Origin: Fidelibacterota bacterium
GTDB taxonomy: Bacteria; Fidelibacterota; SORT01
Length of the DNA stretch: 64,000 bases
Direction: 5' to 3'
NCBI GenBank assembly: GCA_022573815.1
Contig: JACZTG010000006.1
Coordinates: forward strand, 62,119-126,118
Every line of letters starts with the position of its first letter. The stretch's first letter is position 1. Shown in pieces: positions 8,055 to 16,598 of this stretch. Both the position numbers and the translations under genes were made by a program. A model generated the notes under the pieces. That model saw nothing but the letters and a program-made list of their open reading frames with translations, was not told the origin of the DNA and ran no database searches.

Positions 8055-9094
8055 TGGGTAGAGCTTCATTAATAATGGTTTTGGGATTTATCGTTATATT
8101 CGGCACTTTACGGAATAATCTCAATAAAACCGCTGAATCATCCTCTCTAAATTCCTCTGTATTTACGGAGTCCATACTTGCTCATCACGTTACCAACATC
8201 GCAGCAAATTATATTATGTCAATTCATTCTGAGACTGGTATAAGTAGCGAGGAATACAGCGACAGCAGTTTTCTTGATGGATCATACACAGCATCCATTG
8301 AATCAGTAGCTTATGATTCGATACTTGATTACGATACTCTTCTAATCAGGGTAACTGGTATTTATGAGGATGAATCTGACACTGTACGGGTTCAATTCGT
8401 CAGTAAAAGCCTTCTTGTTCCGAAGATAACCGCATCTGTGGCGATCGAGTCGGATTGTACAATCTTCGACTTTGCCGGTAATCCACAGATCCGCGGGATT
8501 GATACGAATATGGACGGCACTACAGGTCCCGGCCCCGATCTTGCCGGATTAACGCTTTCAAACAGTGATGACAGTACACGTTTTGAGACTGTTGCTTCAT
8601 CAAATCCAACCTGGGTTCAGGGCAACCCTGTGGTAGAAGTGAGTCTTGATACCCCTCTCATAGATCTCAGCGATCTTGTGGAATATTATTCAGGATTGGC
8701 TGATCTGTCTTACACCGGTGGATCCTTTAATGGAGTCAGCTGGGGCACTCAAGAAAATCCCATTATTGTTTATTCGAACGGCAATACAACTTTCGGAGGA
8801 AATTCTGTCGGATACGGAGTTCTTGCTATAAATGGATCGCTGACAATGACAGGTAATCCTACGTGGTATGGCCTTATTATAGCTTCCGGTGGCGAGTCAC
8901 TTATTATAGATGCAAGTGTCGGTAATCCCACCATTTATGGCGCTCTTCATATCGGCGCCACTGTTACCCAACTGGAGCTGAAAGGCACGGCAGATATTTT
9001 TTACAGCAGTGAAGCCATCAATATGGTACGCACAGCGCTTATTAATGGAGGAAAAGATAAAAGAATAATCACCGAGAAAATCTGGTATGAATAG
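8054..9094 (+). CDS. PilX_N-like anchored pilus-associated protein, paralog 2
   Basis: 346 aa. N-terminus MGRASLIMVLGFIVIFG. TAATG stop/start overlap with paralog 1. Shared motifs TNMDGTTGPGPDL, GYGVLAINGSL, GNPTIYGA, C-terminal IWYE. Confidence 0.6.
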   Translation: MGRASLIMVLGFIVIFGTLRNNLNKTAESSSLNSSVFTESILAHHVTNIAANYIMSIHSETGISSEEYSDSSFLDGSYTASIESVAYDSILDYDTLLIRVTGIYEDESDTVRVQFVSKSLLVPKITASVAIESDCTIFDFAGNPQIRGIDTNMDGTTGPGPDLAGLTLSNSDDSTRFETVASSNPTWVQGNPVVEVSLDTPLIDLSDLVEYYSGLADLSYTGGSFNGVSWGTQENPIIVYSNGNTTFGGNSVGYGVLAINGSLTMTGNPTWYGLIIASGGESLIIDASVGNPTIYGALHIGATVTQLELKGTADIFYSSEAINMVRTALINGGKDKRIITEKIWYE

Positions 9095-9160
9095 CTGCTT
9101 AATTCTGAATAGAAATCGGTAAATCTTGCCTCTTTCACTTCTCCGATAAAACAAAATATC

Positions 9161-9189
9161 TTGACTTATCCCGTCTTGCTGTCTAATAT
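9161..9189 (+). promoter_or_regulatory. sigma70-type promoter upstream of the 833-aa adhesin-like gene
   Basis: TTGACT (9161-9166), a 17-nt spacer, then TAATAT (9184-9189), about 30 nt upstream of the ATG. Confidence 0.35.
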
Positions 9190-9218
9190 ATTCCACTTAA
9201 GTTAAATAAAATTATAGT

Positions 9219-11720
9219 ATGAAACTATTCGTCGACAAAATAAAAATTAAATGGTTGTTGATTGCCATTCTGTTAGGAACGCTCATTATTACCCTATCCT
9301 GCGAAACCATAGTCAACGAGGCGACCATAACCGGAACAGTCATTAATGGTCAGACGTTCCAACCTCTCGTCGGGACTTTCGTCAGAGCGTTTGGATTTGC
9401 CGAATCGGCTCTCACCGACTCGGCAGGAGCCTATGAACTTCTGATTTCTATTGACCTACCCGATGTCAGTGAAGCCACACTCGAGTTTTCTAAATCCGGA
9501 TTTATAACTGATACGCTCAACAATGTAGGATTAGACATTGGCAACAGTGTTACTGCGCCACCCATTACGCTATTTCCCGTTCCAACTGCAACCACCTCAG
9601 GCACGGTTGTGATTGAAGGTAATGCTGTAAACGCTCTTACAAACGAAAATATCGAAGGCGCATTTGTCCGTGTATTGGATCATGAAAGCGATGGAACTTT
9701 AACAGATGCAAACGGACACTATGTATTAAGTTTTTCAATTGTTGTAGGGGATAGTATTTCAGTCACTGTAGAAATTTCCAAGGCAACATTTCTTCCTGAT
9801 AAAGTCACAAACGTCGCCATCTCGTTCGCTGACACGGTAAAGGTGCGTACCGCAAATCTAATTCCCATCTCCAGTGTAGGAGGCGTTGTTGCGCTTAAGG
9901 GTAAAGTAGTGAACGCTATTACCGCAGCTCCGCTGGAAGGAGCGCTCATCAGAGCTCTGAAACATCCTGAAACTACATTGAGCGACAGTTCAGGGTCTTA
10001 CATTTTATCAGTTACACTTGATCCGGGTCAAATTAATGTCCTGACTCTGGATATAAGTAAAGAATCTTTTGCTCCTGATACTCTTTCAAGTATCGGTGTA
10101 GTTGTGGGAGATACCGTGAACGCTCCGCCTGCAAGTCTTATTCCGTTAGTAATATCCCAGGGACTCGGCGGAATCAGAGGGACTGTAATTAACGGTATTA
10201 CTGAAGCTCCCATTGAAGGAGCCTTTGTAAGAACCTTGAATCATCCTGAGTCTGCGCTTACAGACGCACAAGGAAATTATGCCTTTGCGGTCAAAATTAC
10301 CGGTAATGAATCTAAAGTAATTAATCTTGAGATTATAAAACAGGGATTTTTAGCTTCCACACTTCCGAATTTAGCGTTGGTTATCGGTGATACCATCGAC
10401 GTTCCTCCAACTAATCTTCTGCCCATAGATCCGGATGGCTCAAGAGCCATAGTAAAGGGAGTCGTAGTTGATGACGTATTTTTTGATCCGATCGAAGGCG
10501 TACAGATCAGGGCTATCGGGCACGATGAAACAACGCTGTCTAATGAACTTGGTATTTTCACACTCAGCCTTGTTATAAAAATTAGCGAGAGTGACACCGT
10601 AGATCTGGTATTTTCGCATGAAGAATTTGTTACCGATTCTGCGTCCAATGTAGCATTGACGGTTGACAGTACAATAACCATAGCTGTTCAGGCGTTAACT
10701 CCGAAAAACCGAGCAGGTCCGCCTTCTAACGCTATCATCTTTAGAGTTTCTCGGACATCTATAAGTATTAAAGGTGTTGGTGGTGAAAAGGAATCTTCCG
10801 AGATTACCTTTCAGCTGCTAGATAAAAATGACACACCCCTGGATCGGTTCAAATCCGCTGTGGTCTCTTTCTCATTGTCTGGTCCCGGAGGAGGGGAATT
10901 CATTTCTCCTTTAACAGCAACTACAGATGATTCCGGTCTGGTCAGAACTACACTCAACAGCGGCACAATTGCAGGTGTTGTCCAGGTGACGGCATCTTTT
11001 GATCCGGGAACCGGATTAATTAAAGTTAAGGCACCGCTTATTTCAATACATGGCGGTCAACCCGATTCAGACCACTTCACAATTACTTCCATACTAAATA
11101 TTGCCGGATTAGTAAGTATTAGGGACGACTCTGTCAGAGTTATCGTGGGAGATAAATTTTCTAACATCGTCCGACCGGGAACTGCCGTCAGCTTCCGTAC
11201 AAGTGCCGGAGTCATACAGGGTTCGGCAGTTACAGATGAAAACGGAAAGGCCTCTGTACTACTAACCTCATCTAATCCAAAGCCATTACCCGCTGACAGC
11301 GGCTTCGTAACCATAACTGCGGAGACAAAGGACGAAAACGGGAACTCCATATTCGCGACTTCGCTTATGCTTTGGTCAGGGCTTACACAGATTCAAATGG
11401 TAGGTTTTCCTGGAACTTTTGCAATTGCTGATGCTGGTTCGCAGACCTTTACAGTAAAGGTGAGCGATGCAGAACACGGCAGGCCTCTTGAAGGAGGTAC
11501 CTCAATAGAAGTAAGTACGACCGCTGGCCAAGTAACTGGTGATATAGGAGTTACGCTGCCTGATACCCAATCGAGGGGACCAAAAACTACACTTTTCACT
11601 TTCAAAATAGTTGATAACAATCCGGGCGACATAGATCCACCTGTTCCGGCAGCAGTTACAATACTAGTTATAAGTCCGAATGGAAATGACCTTCTTACTA
11701 TAACGGGATCCGTGGATTAA
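9219..11720 (+). CDS. large surface protein with five CarboxypepD_reg-like repeats followed by bacterial Ig-like (Big_1-like) domains
   Basis: 833 aa. The N-terminal signal has a possible lipobox (IITLSC). A roughly 93-aa module recurs five times (G[TK]V[IV]N..T..P[LI]EGAF[VI]R.L.H.ES.LTD..G.Y). The C-terminal half has invasin-like Ig motifs (VSFSLSGPGGGEF...TTDDSGLVRTTLNSGTIAGVVQVTAS). Confidence 0.7.
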   Translation: MKLFVDKIKIKWLLIAILLGTLIITLSCETIVNEATITGTVINGQTFQPLVGTFVRAFGFAESALTDSAGAYELLISIDLPDVSEATLEFSKSGFITDTLNNVGLDIGNSVTAPPITLFPVPTATTSGTVVIEGNAVNALTNENIEGAFVRVLDHESDGTLTDANGHYVLSFSIVVGDSISVTVEISKATFLPDKVTNVAISFADTVKVRTANLIPISSVGGVVALKGKVVNAITAAPLEGALIRALKHPETTLSDSSGSYILSVTLDPGQINVLTLDISKESFAPDTLSSIGVVVGDTVNAPPASLIPLVISQGLGGIRGTVINGITEAPIEGAFVRTLNHPESALTDAQGNYAFAVKITGNESKVINLEIIKQGFLASTLPNLALVIGDTIDVPPTNLLPIDPDGSRAIVKGVVVDDVFFDPIEGVQIRAIGHDETTLSNELGIFTLSLVIKISESDTVDLVFSHEEFVTDSASNVALTVDSTITIAVQALTPKNRAGPPSNAIIFRVSRTSISIKGVGGEKESSEITFQLLDKNDTPLDRFKSAVVSFSLSGPGGGEFISPLTATTDDSGLVRTTLNSGTIAGVVQVTASFDPGTGLIKVKAPLISIHGGQPDSDHFTITSILNIAGLVSIRDDSVRVIVGDKFSNIVRPGTAVSFRTSAGVIQGSAVTDENGKASVLLTSSNPKPLPADSGFVTITAETKDENGNSIFATSLMLWSGLTQIQMVGFPGTFAIADAGSQTFTVKVSDAEHGRPLEGGTSIEVSTTAGQVTGDIGVTLPDTQSRGPKTTLFTFKIVDNNPGDIDPPVPAAVTILVISPNGNDLLTITGSVD
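9321..10710 (+). repeat. five tandem ~280-bp coding repeats inside the adhesin-like gene
   Basis: The protein-level modules start near aa 35, 128, 223, 318 and 410. They are diverged at the DNA level. Boundaries are approximate. Confidence 0.55.
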
Positions 11721-11734
11721 TAAGAATTTCCGCG

Positions 11735-12697
11735 TTAACGCCCGTTCTTTTTAAGCATATTCAAAATTCCGAACCGCCCCCTGCCGAACTCTTCTGATAG
11801 AAGCTGAATCGCTTTTCCTTTTAAGACAGAATTAGCGGCTAACTTATCAAATCTTTTCATTAGTTTTTTTATTTCCGCTTTTTCCCATCTTTTACTGCTG
11901 TTTATCGGACTTTTTTCATCAGGGATAGCGATGTTCTCCAAAATTCCGCCGAATTTGATGTTGTCTATCTCTTTTATCTGATGATTAAAAGCTATTTCAC
12001 TTTTTTCAAAACCTACAGCTCGTCTGCCCAGACCAAGTGCGACTTTCGCCGTTCCGAATCCGCCGAGAAAAAAGTCACACACGCTGTCCCCCTCATCAGT
12101 GCTGTATAATATTATTTTTTTCAACAGCTCTAAAGGAAGCTGGTTTTTATTTTTTACCTGACCTTTTTTATACTCCCTGTTAATGATCCATACATCTTCC
12201 CTGTCGCTGTAGTTTTTCGATTTTCCGCTTTCGTCCAGATCCTCTCTTCCGAATCGAACGAATTGATTGAATGTTCTATCTCCTCCCGGTTTTTTATAGT
12301 AAAGAATATGATAATGTGAAGATATGTACTTCTTTTTCGTATAGACTCCGAAGTTATATTTCCAGATCAGATGATTCACTTCCTCCAAAGAACTGTTTTT
12401 TAATCCGTTAAGGATGTGAATTAAATTCGTGTAACCCGATACGATATAGATACTTCCCCCCGGTCGTAAGACCCGCTCAGCCTGCTCTATCCACCTTAGG
12501 CTGAAGTCGGGATATTCATCAATCGGAACTTCAATGTATCCGTCAAGAACGTAACTCTCTTCCCTGTTATAATGCTGATGAAGCTTATCCCCTTTGATTC
12601 CATAGGGAGGATCCGTAATTATAAGGTCAATGGAATCATCTTTCAGATGTTTGATTGCGCCATCAATGCAATCTTCATTGTATAGAGAATATTTCAA
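11735..12697 (-). CDS. beta-class N6-adenine/N4-cytosine DNA methyltransferase (orphan)
   Basis: 320 aa. The DPPY catalytic motif is near the N-terminus (DLIITDPPYGIKG) and the SAM-binding FxGxG-like motif is near the C-terminus (VCDFFLGGFGTAKVA). A tail of about 70 aa follows. Confidence 0.8.
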   Translation of the reverse strand: MKYSLYNEDCIDGAIKHLKDDSIDLIITDPPYGIKGDKLHQHYNREESYVLDGYIEVPIDEYPDFSLRWIEQAERVLRPGGSIYIVSGYTNLIHILNGLKNSSLEEVNHLIWKYNFGVYTKKKYISSHYHILYYKKPGGDRTFNQFVRFGREDLDESGKSKNYSDREDVWIINREYKKGQVKNKNQLPLELLKKIILYSTDEGDSVCDFFLGGFGTAKVALGLGRRAVGFEKSEIAFNHQIKEIDNIKFGGILENIAIPDEKSPINSSKRWEKAEIKKLMKRFDKLAANSVLKGKAIQLLSEEFGRGRFGILNMLKKNGR

Positions 12698-12902
12698 CTG
12701 ATTAACGGGGATATTAACATATTTATTTGAAAAATTAGCATTTTATTCCATCAGTGGCAATATCGTTTGTTTTTTTCTTAATATCGGAGATTGAAATATA
12801 TTACAGCAGTTGTTAACAGGACTTTATCCGCTAACCTTATTAGATTTTCTCCCGATAATATAATAGTGCGTATTGAAGCATAATATATAATTCAGTGATA
12901 AT

Positions 12903-15722
12903 ATGTCGAATGAATTTATGACCGTGATTAAAGAAATATTAAAAACTTTAAAGCCTTCCACACCGGAAACGGTTAGCCGTGTGCGCACTAATTTAAAGAA
13001 TGGTAATGGAGTTGCTACATTAGTTAAACCTGAGGCACCCAGGGTAATTTCAAAAGAAGAAATATCAGCTCTTCAAAAGTTAGCAGATTCCATCGGTCTC
13101 GAAATAAAAAAATTGTTACTCAAATTCGGGGCAATAAATCCCACACCGAATGCAAACACCGAATCGTCCGTCGAAGAACCGTTGACTTCTGCAACCGGAG
13201 AGTCATACATCAAAGCTACAAAAGCGCTCCTCAACCACAATTTATCGCGTTTATTGTTGCTGATTGAAAGTTCGGGAGCGGTGCCGCCTAAAAACGTGGA
13301 ATCTCTTAGGACGGAGTATCAGAATCTGATTAATTTCGATCCTCGTTCGCAAAACGAAGTGGAGATGTTTGTCAAGCAATTGAATTCATTTTTTTCTCAG
13401 CTGGTTTCCTCGGTCGAGAACCTCACTCACCGCGATATGACATCCGTTAAATTAATTATGGAAGATATATTCAAGTTGTTCGCCTCTCCGCCCCTTGTCA
13501 AGAGCTCATTGGGAGAGATGAATTTAGCGTCCATGATTAATTCAGGTGTGAACCAAACTATGGAAAAGCCGGCGTTCGATATAGCGTACCTGAAAGTTCT
13601 TTCCGGCATTCCAACTCCGGAGGCAGATTATCTGCCGGCGCTTTCCAAAGACCTCGGCGTTGTTGCAAATTTCATCAGCAAAAACGGAGCGTTACCTAAT
13701 CCGGCGCTTCAGAAAGTAATTGAACTTTTGGGAAATGGGTTCGCTGAGCCGTTAAACCGAAATGAGCTGCGAAAATATGTGAAATCAATTGGATTCGATT
13801 TAGAGAATAAGATATTCAACAGCATTAACAAGACTCCCTCATACTTAGAGACGAAATTTTCTCCTGTCAGAAGAATAATATTCAACAATCTGAGCGCTAA
13901 TCTGATTTCCATATCCGCCGACCGACAAACAGCTGAGAATTATAAAATTTTTCAAAATGGCGCAAAATTATACAGGAGTCTATTTGAATCAAACCGTCCC
14001 GCTGAAAAAGGATTGTTGCTTGCGCCGGGAACATCATCAATGGAATTGCTTTATAAGGTAAGAATGTCGCAGTCTTTGCTACATCGCGGCGTTTCTCCCA
14101 CATCGCGCAATTTACTCGCTGCCGAAGCATTGTTGGAAAATAATATTTCAATCACAAGGAAGGCGGTGGATTCACTTTTCAGAGCTATATCAAGTCTCGA
14201 TTCCGATATCGGCAGTCAGGCTGAATTAAAACATCTGATGAAAACCACAATTTTGTTAAAACAATTGAAGTTGCCGCTAAGCCCGGAAAATATTCGCTTT
14301 ATAACAGATATAAAAAATGTACAATCCTCCATATCGGGAGATTTAAATAGACTTTATACCGAGCTTCCCAATGGCAAATTATCCGGCTCAAAATCTCTGA
14401 ATAAATTTCATAACTTATCGTTGAAAATATCAGGTACGCACAAAAATACAAAAGGAGAATTACGAAGTTTGGTTGAGTTTGCAAAAATGGCAGGCATTGA
14501 AGTTCCGGAAAGCAGCTCCGGAAAACTGGGTAGACTATTATCAAAAAGCAAACACTCGTCATTTAAGGAATTAACCGGTTCCATAAATTCCGCGATTGAT
14601 TCAGCTTTACAATCTGTCAAATCAGGTAAGTCAATCGCTTTAGAGATAAATAAGATAAGAATATTAGGTCAACTCGCAGCTTCCCTTGGCGCCAACTCCA
14701 ATAACAGTGTTGCTCCAACGAATGCAAATTTAGAAAGTCTGCTCAAAGAAACAGGTATTGTCAAAACGGATTTTGAAATGAAAATCGTTTCCCGGTTGGC
14801 TGCTGCCAATGCGGATATATCTCGAGCAACTGTGCTGAAAATTTCTAATTATCTTCTGAATACGCTTAAGCTAAGCCCTGATTCCGTTAGTTCCGAGCTT
14901 ATAGACAGAGCAGTCAAAGCTGCGAAGCTGGAACTGCCATTAAATAAAAACTCCTGGAAATCCCTTGAGTCTATGGACCCGTTGTCCCCCGAAAAATCAA
15001 CTCTCATCTCTAATTATTTAATGGCGATGAACAAACAATCTCCGGAAGGACAAAACGATAACGGCTTGAAACAAATATTAGAACTCCTATTCTCTTTATC
15101 TAAGGGTTCAGCTGATAAAGCTACCTTCAAAATGGGTCGTTCGCTTTTTGAAATGCCTTTTCAGAATCATACTCTGAGGAAAAGATCAAACCTTTCATCG
15201 AAACTTAATAAAATATTTAACGGCTCTGTAAAAGGTACACTTCTCAGAACATTAAGATACGTTAAACTCCAACAGAATAAAGTCGCGCCACAGCAGCAAA
15301 ACTCGATTTTAAAGAGTATCATGGGCGCTTTGGAACAGATAGAGCAATTACAATCGAACATAACTCAAAAAGGAGAGGAATTGCTGTTCTCTTTTCCTTT
15401 TCCGGACACACCTCATGACGGTCACGCTTCATTGCGGTTCTCTAAAAAAGAATTGGATGACGGGAGTGAGGAACTGAATTTATCTATTAAACTCGCTCCC
15501 GAACCGCTTGGTCCTGTAAGTATATATATCCAAAAAAACTCATCCGCTTTCAATCTGACTGTTGACCTCGAAAGGGGAGAGTATATGAATTTACTGCGAA
15601 AAAACTTACCACAATTGATTCAACGTTTTGAAAATATGGGATTGGGCGTTCCACACATATCTTGCACAAGCAAACCGAAGCAATCTATCTCTGTAGAAAA
15701 CCTGAATAGACTTTACGCTTGA
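12903..15722 (+). CDS. FliK-like protein (C-terminal hook-length-control Flg_hook-like domain)
   Basis: 939 aa, Ser/Asn/Leu/Lys-rich and mostly helical. The C-terminal segment LNLSIKLAPEPLGPVSIYIQKNSSAFNLTVDLERGEYMNLLRKNLPQLIQRFENMGLGV follows the Flg_hook pattern (L.L.P..LG.v.v.......v.f........L...L..L...l...G). Internal units such as LLENNISITRKAVDSL and KLELPLNKNSW resemble FliK repeats. Confidence 0.55.
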   Translation: MSNEFMTVIKEILKTLKPSTPETVSRVRTNLKNGNGVATLVKPEAPRVISKEEISALQKLADSIGLEIKKLLLKFGAINPTPNANTESSVEEPLTSATGESYIKATKALLNHNLSRLLLLIESSGAVPPKNVESLRTEYQNLINFDPRSQNEVEMFVKQLNSFFSQLVSSVENLTHRDMTSVKLIMEDIFKLFASPPLVKSSLGEMNLASMINSGVNQTMEKPAFDIAYLKVLSGIPTPEADYLPALSKDLGVVANFISKNGALPNPALQKVIELLGNGFAEPLNRNELRKYVKSIGFDLENKIFNSINKTPSYLETKFSPVRRIIFNNLSANLISISADRQTAENYKIFQNGAKLYRSLFESNRPAEKGLLLAPGTSSMELLYKVRMSQSLLHRGVSPTSRNLLAAEALLENNISITRKAVDSLFRAISSLDSDIGSQAELKHLMKTTILLKQLKLPLSPENIRFITDIKNVQSSISGDLNRLYTELPNGKLSGSKSLNKFHNLSLKISGTHKNTKGELRSLVEFAKMAGIEVPESSSGKLGRLLSKSKHSSFKELTGSINSAIDSALQSVKSGKSIALEINKIRILGQLAASLGANSNNSVAPTNANLESLLKETGIVKTDFEMKIVSRLAAANADISRATVLKISNYLLNTLKLSPDSVSSELIDRAVKAAKLELPLNKNSWKSLESMDPLSPEKSTLISNYLMAMNKQSPEGQNDNGLKQILELLFSLSKGSADKATFKMGRSLFEMPFQNHTLRKRSNLSSKLNKIFNGSVKGTLLRTLRYVKLQQNKVAPQQQNSILKSIMGALEQIEQLQSNITQKGEELLFSFPFPDTPHDGHASLRFSKKELDDGSEELNLSIKLAPEPLGPVSIYIQKNSSAFNLTVDLERGEYMNLLRKNLPQLIQRFENMGLGVPHISCTSKPKQSISVENLNRLYA

Positions 15723-15793
15723 ACTTGTCGTAACATCGCTATATAATCATAATTGATTCAGAAAATAAATTTTAAGGGTGAGATAAAAAGTTA

Positions 15794-16204
15794 TTGAATT
15801 ATCAGAACAGTGAAGTAATCCGAAAGCTGCTTCAAGAGAGTCACACTATCGCGGTATATGGAGCATCAGATAAAGCGTGGAGAACAAGCAACAGTATAGC
15901 CAAATTTCTCTTGAACGTAGGATATGAGGTAATACCGGTCAATCCCAATTATGAAACGGTCTTGGGAATGAAATCTTATTCCAGTCTATTGGATATCGAA
16001 ACGGAAGTTGATATTGTGGACGTTTTCAGAAAACCTTCAGAAGTATTCTGTGTTGCAGAAGAAGCTGTTTCTATCGGGGCAAAAGGTATCTGGTTTCAGG
16101 AAGGTGTAATAAATAACCAGGCGGCAGAACACGCCCATAATAGCGGTCTTGACGTCGTTATGGACAGATGCATTATGAAAGAATATAATCGTCTGATTGC
16201 CTAA
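15794..16204 (+). CDS. CoA-binding domain protein (YccU-like)
   Basis: 136 aa with IAVYGASDKAWRTSNSIAKFLLNVGYEVIPVNP, typical of CoA_binding_2. Apparent TTG start. Confidence 0.7.
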   Translation: MNYQNSEVIRKLLQESHTIAVYGASDKAWRTSNSIAKFLLNVGYEVIPVNPNYETVLGMKSYSSLLDIETEVDIVDVFRKPSEVFCVAEEAVSIGAKGIWFQEGVINNQAAEHAHNSGLDVVMDRCIMKEYNRLIA

Positions 16205-16575
16205 ACAAATTTAGCGAGTTCTATAACTGACATCAAAGAGCTTATCCTGTCGAGGTTAAAAGGTTTCCTGACATAATCATAGGCTCCGATGCTCAATGAT
16301 TTTTTTGCCATTTCCTCAGTAGCATATCCCGACATCATAATAATCGGCACATTCTCATTGTATTTTTTTATCATTTGAAGTATTTCAATTCCGTCCAATC
16401 CCGGCAGCATTACATCCAAAAATATCAAATCGGGGATTTCCCTGTTGAGGTGATAAATTGTTTGTCCAACTCCGTCTGCTTCAATTATTTCTTCGCATTT
16501 GGATTCAAGAAAGAGTGACAGAGTTTTTCTTATATCCTCTTCATCGTCAACTATCATTATTTTTTTAAAAGCCAT
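16201..16575 (-). CDS. single-domain response regulator (CheY-like receiver)
   Basis: 124 aa with MIVDDEEDIRK, the phospho-acceptor context FLDVMLPGLDG, and a conserved Lys (YVRKPF). Confidence 0.9.
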   Translation of the reverse strand: MAFKKIMIVDDEEDIRKTLSLFLESKCEEIIEADGVGQTIYHLNREIPDLIFLDVMLPGLDGIEILQMIKKYNENVPIIMMSGYATEEMAKKSLSIGAYDYVRKPFNLDRISSLMSVIELAKFV

Positions 16576-16598
16576 TTTTTTTCCTTAAACTGATTAAA

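Noticed and set aside
11735-15722. Methyltransferase plus the divergent 939-aa protein as a two-gene restriction or defence system
   Set aside because: The 939-aa protein has no nuclease, helicase or NTPase motifs (no Walker A, PD-(D/E)xK or HNH). Its C-terminus matches the FliK Flg_hook pattern instead.
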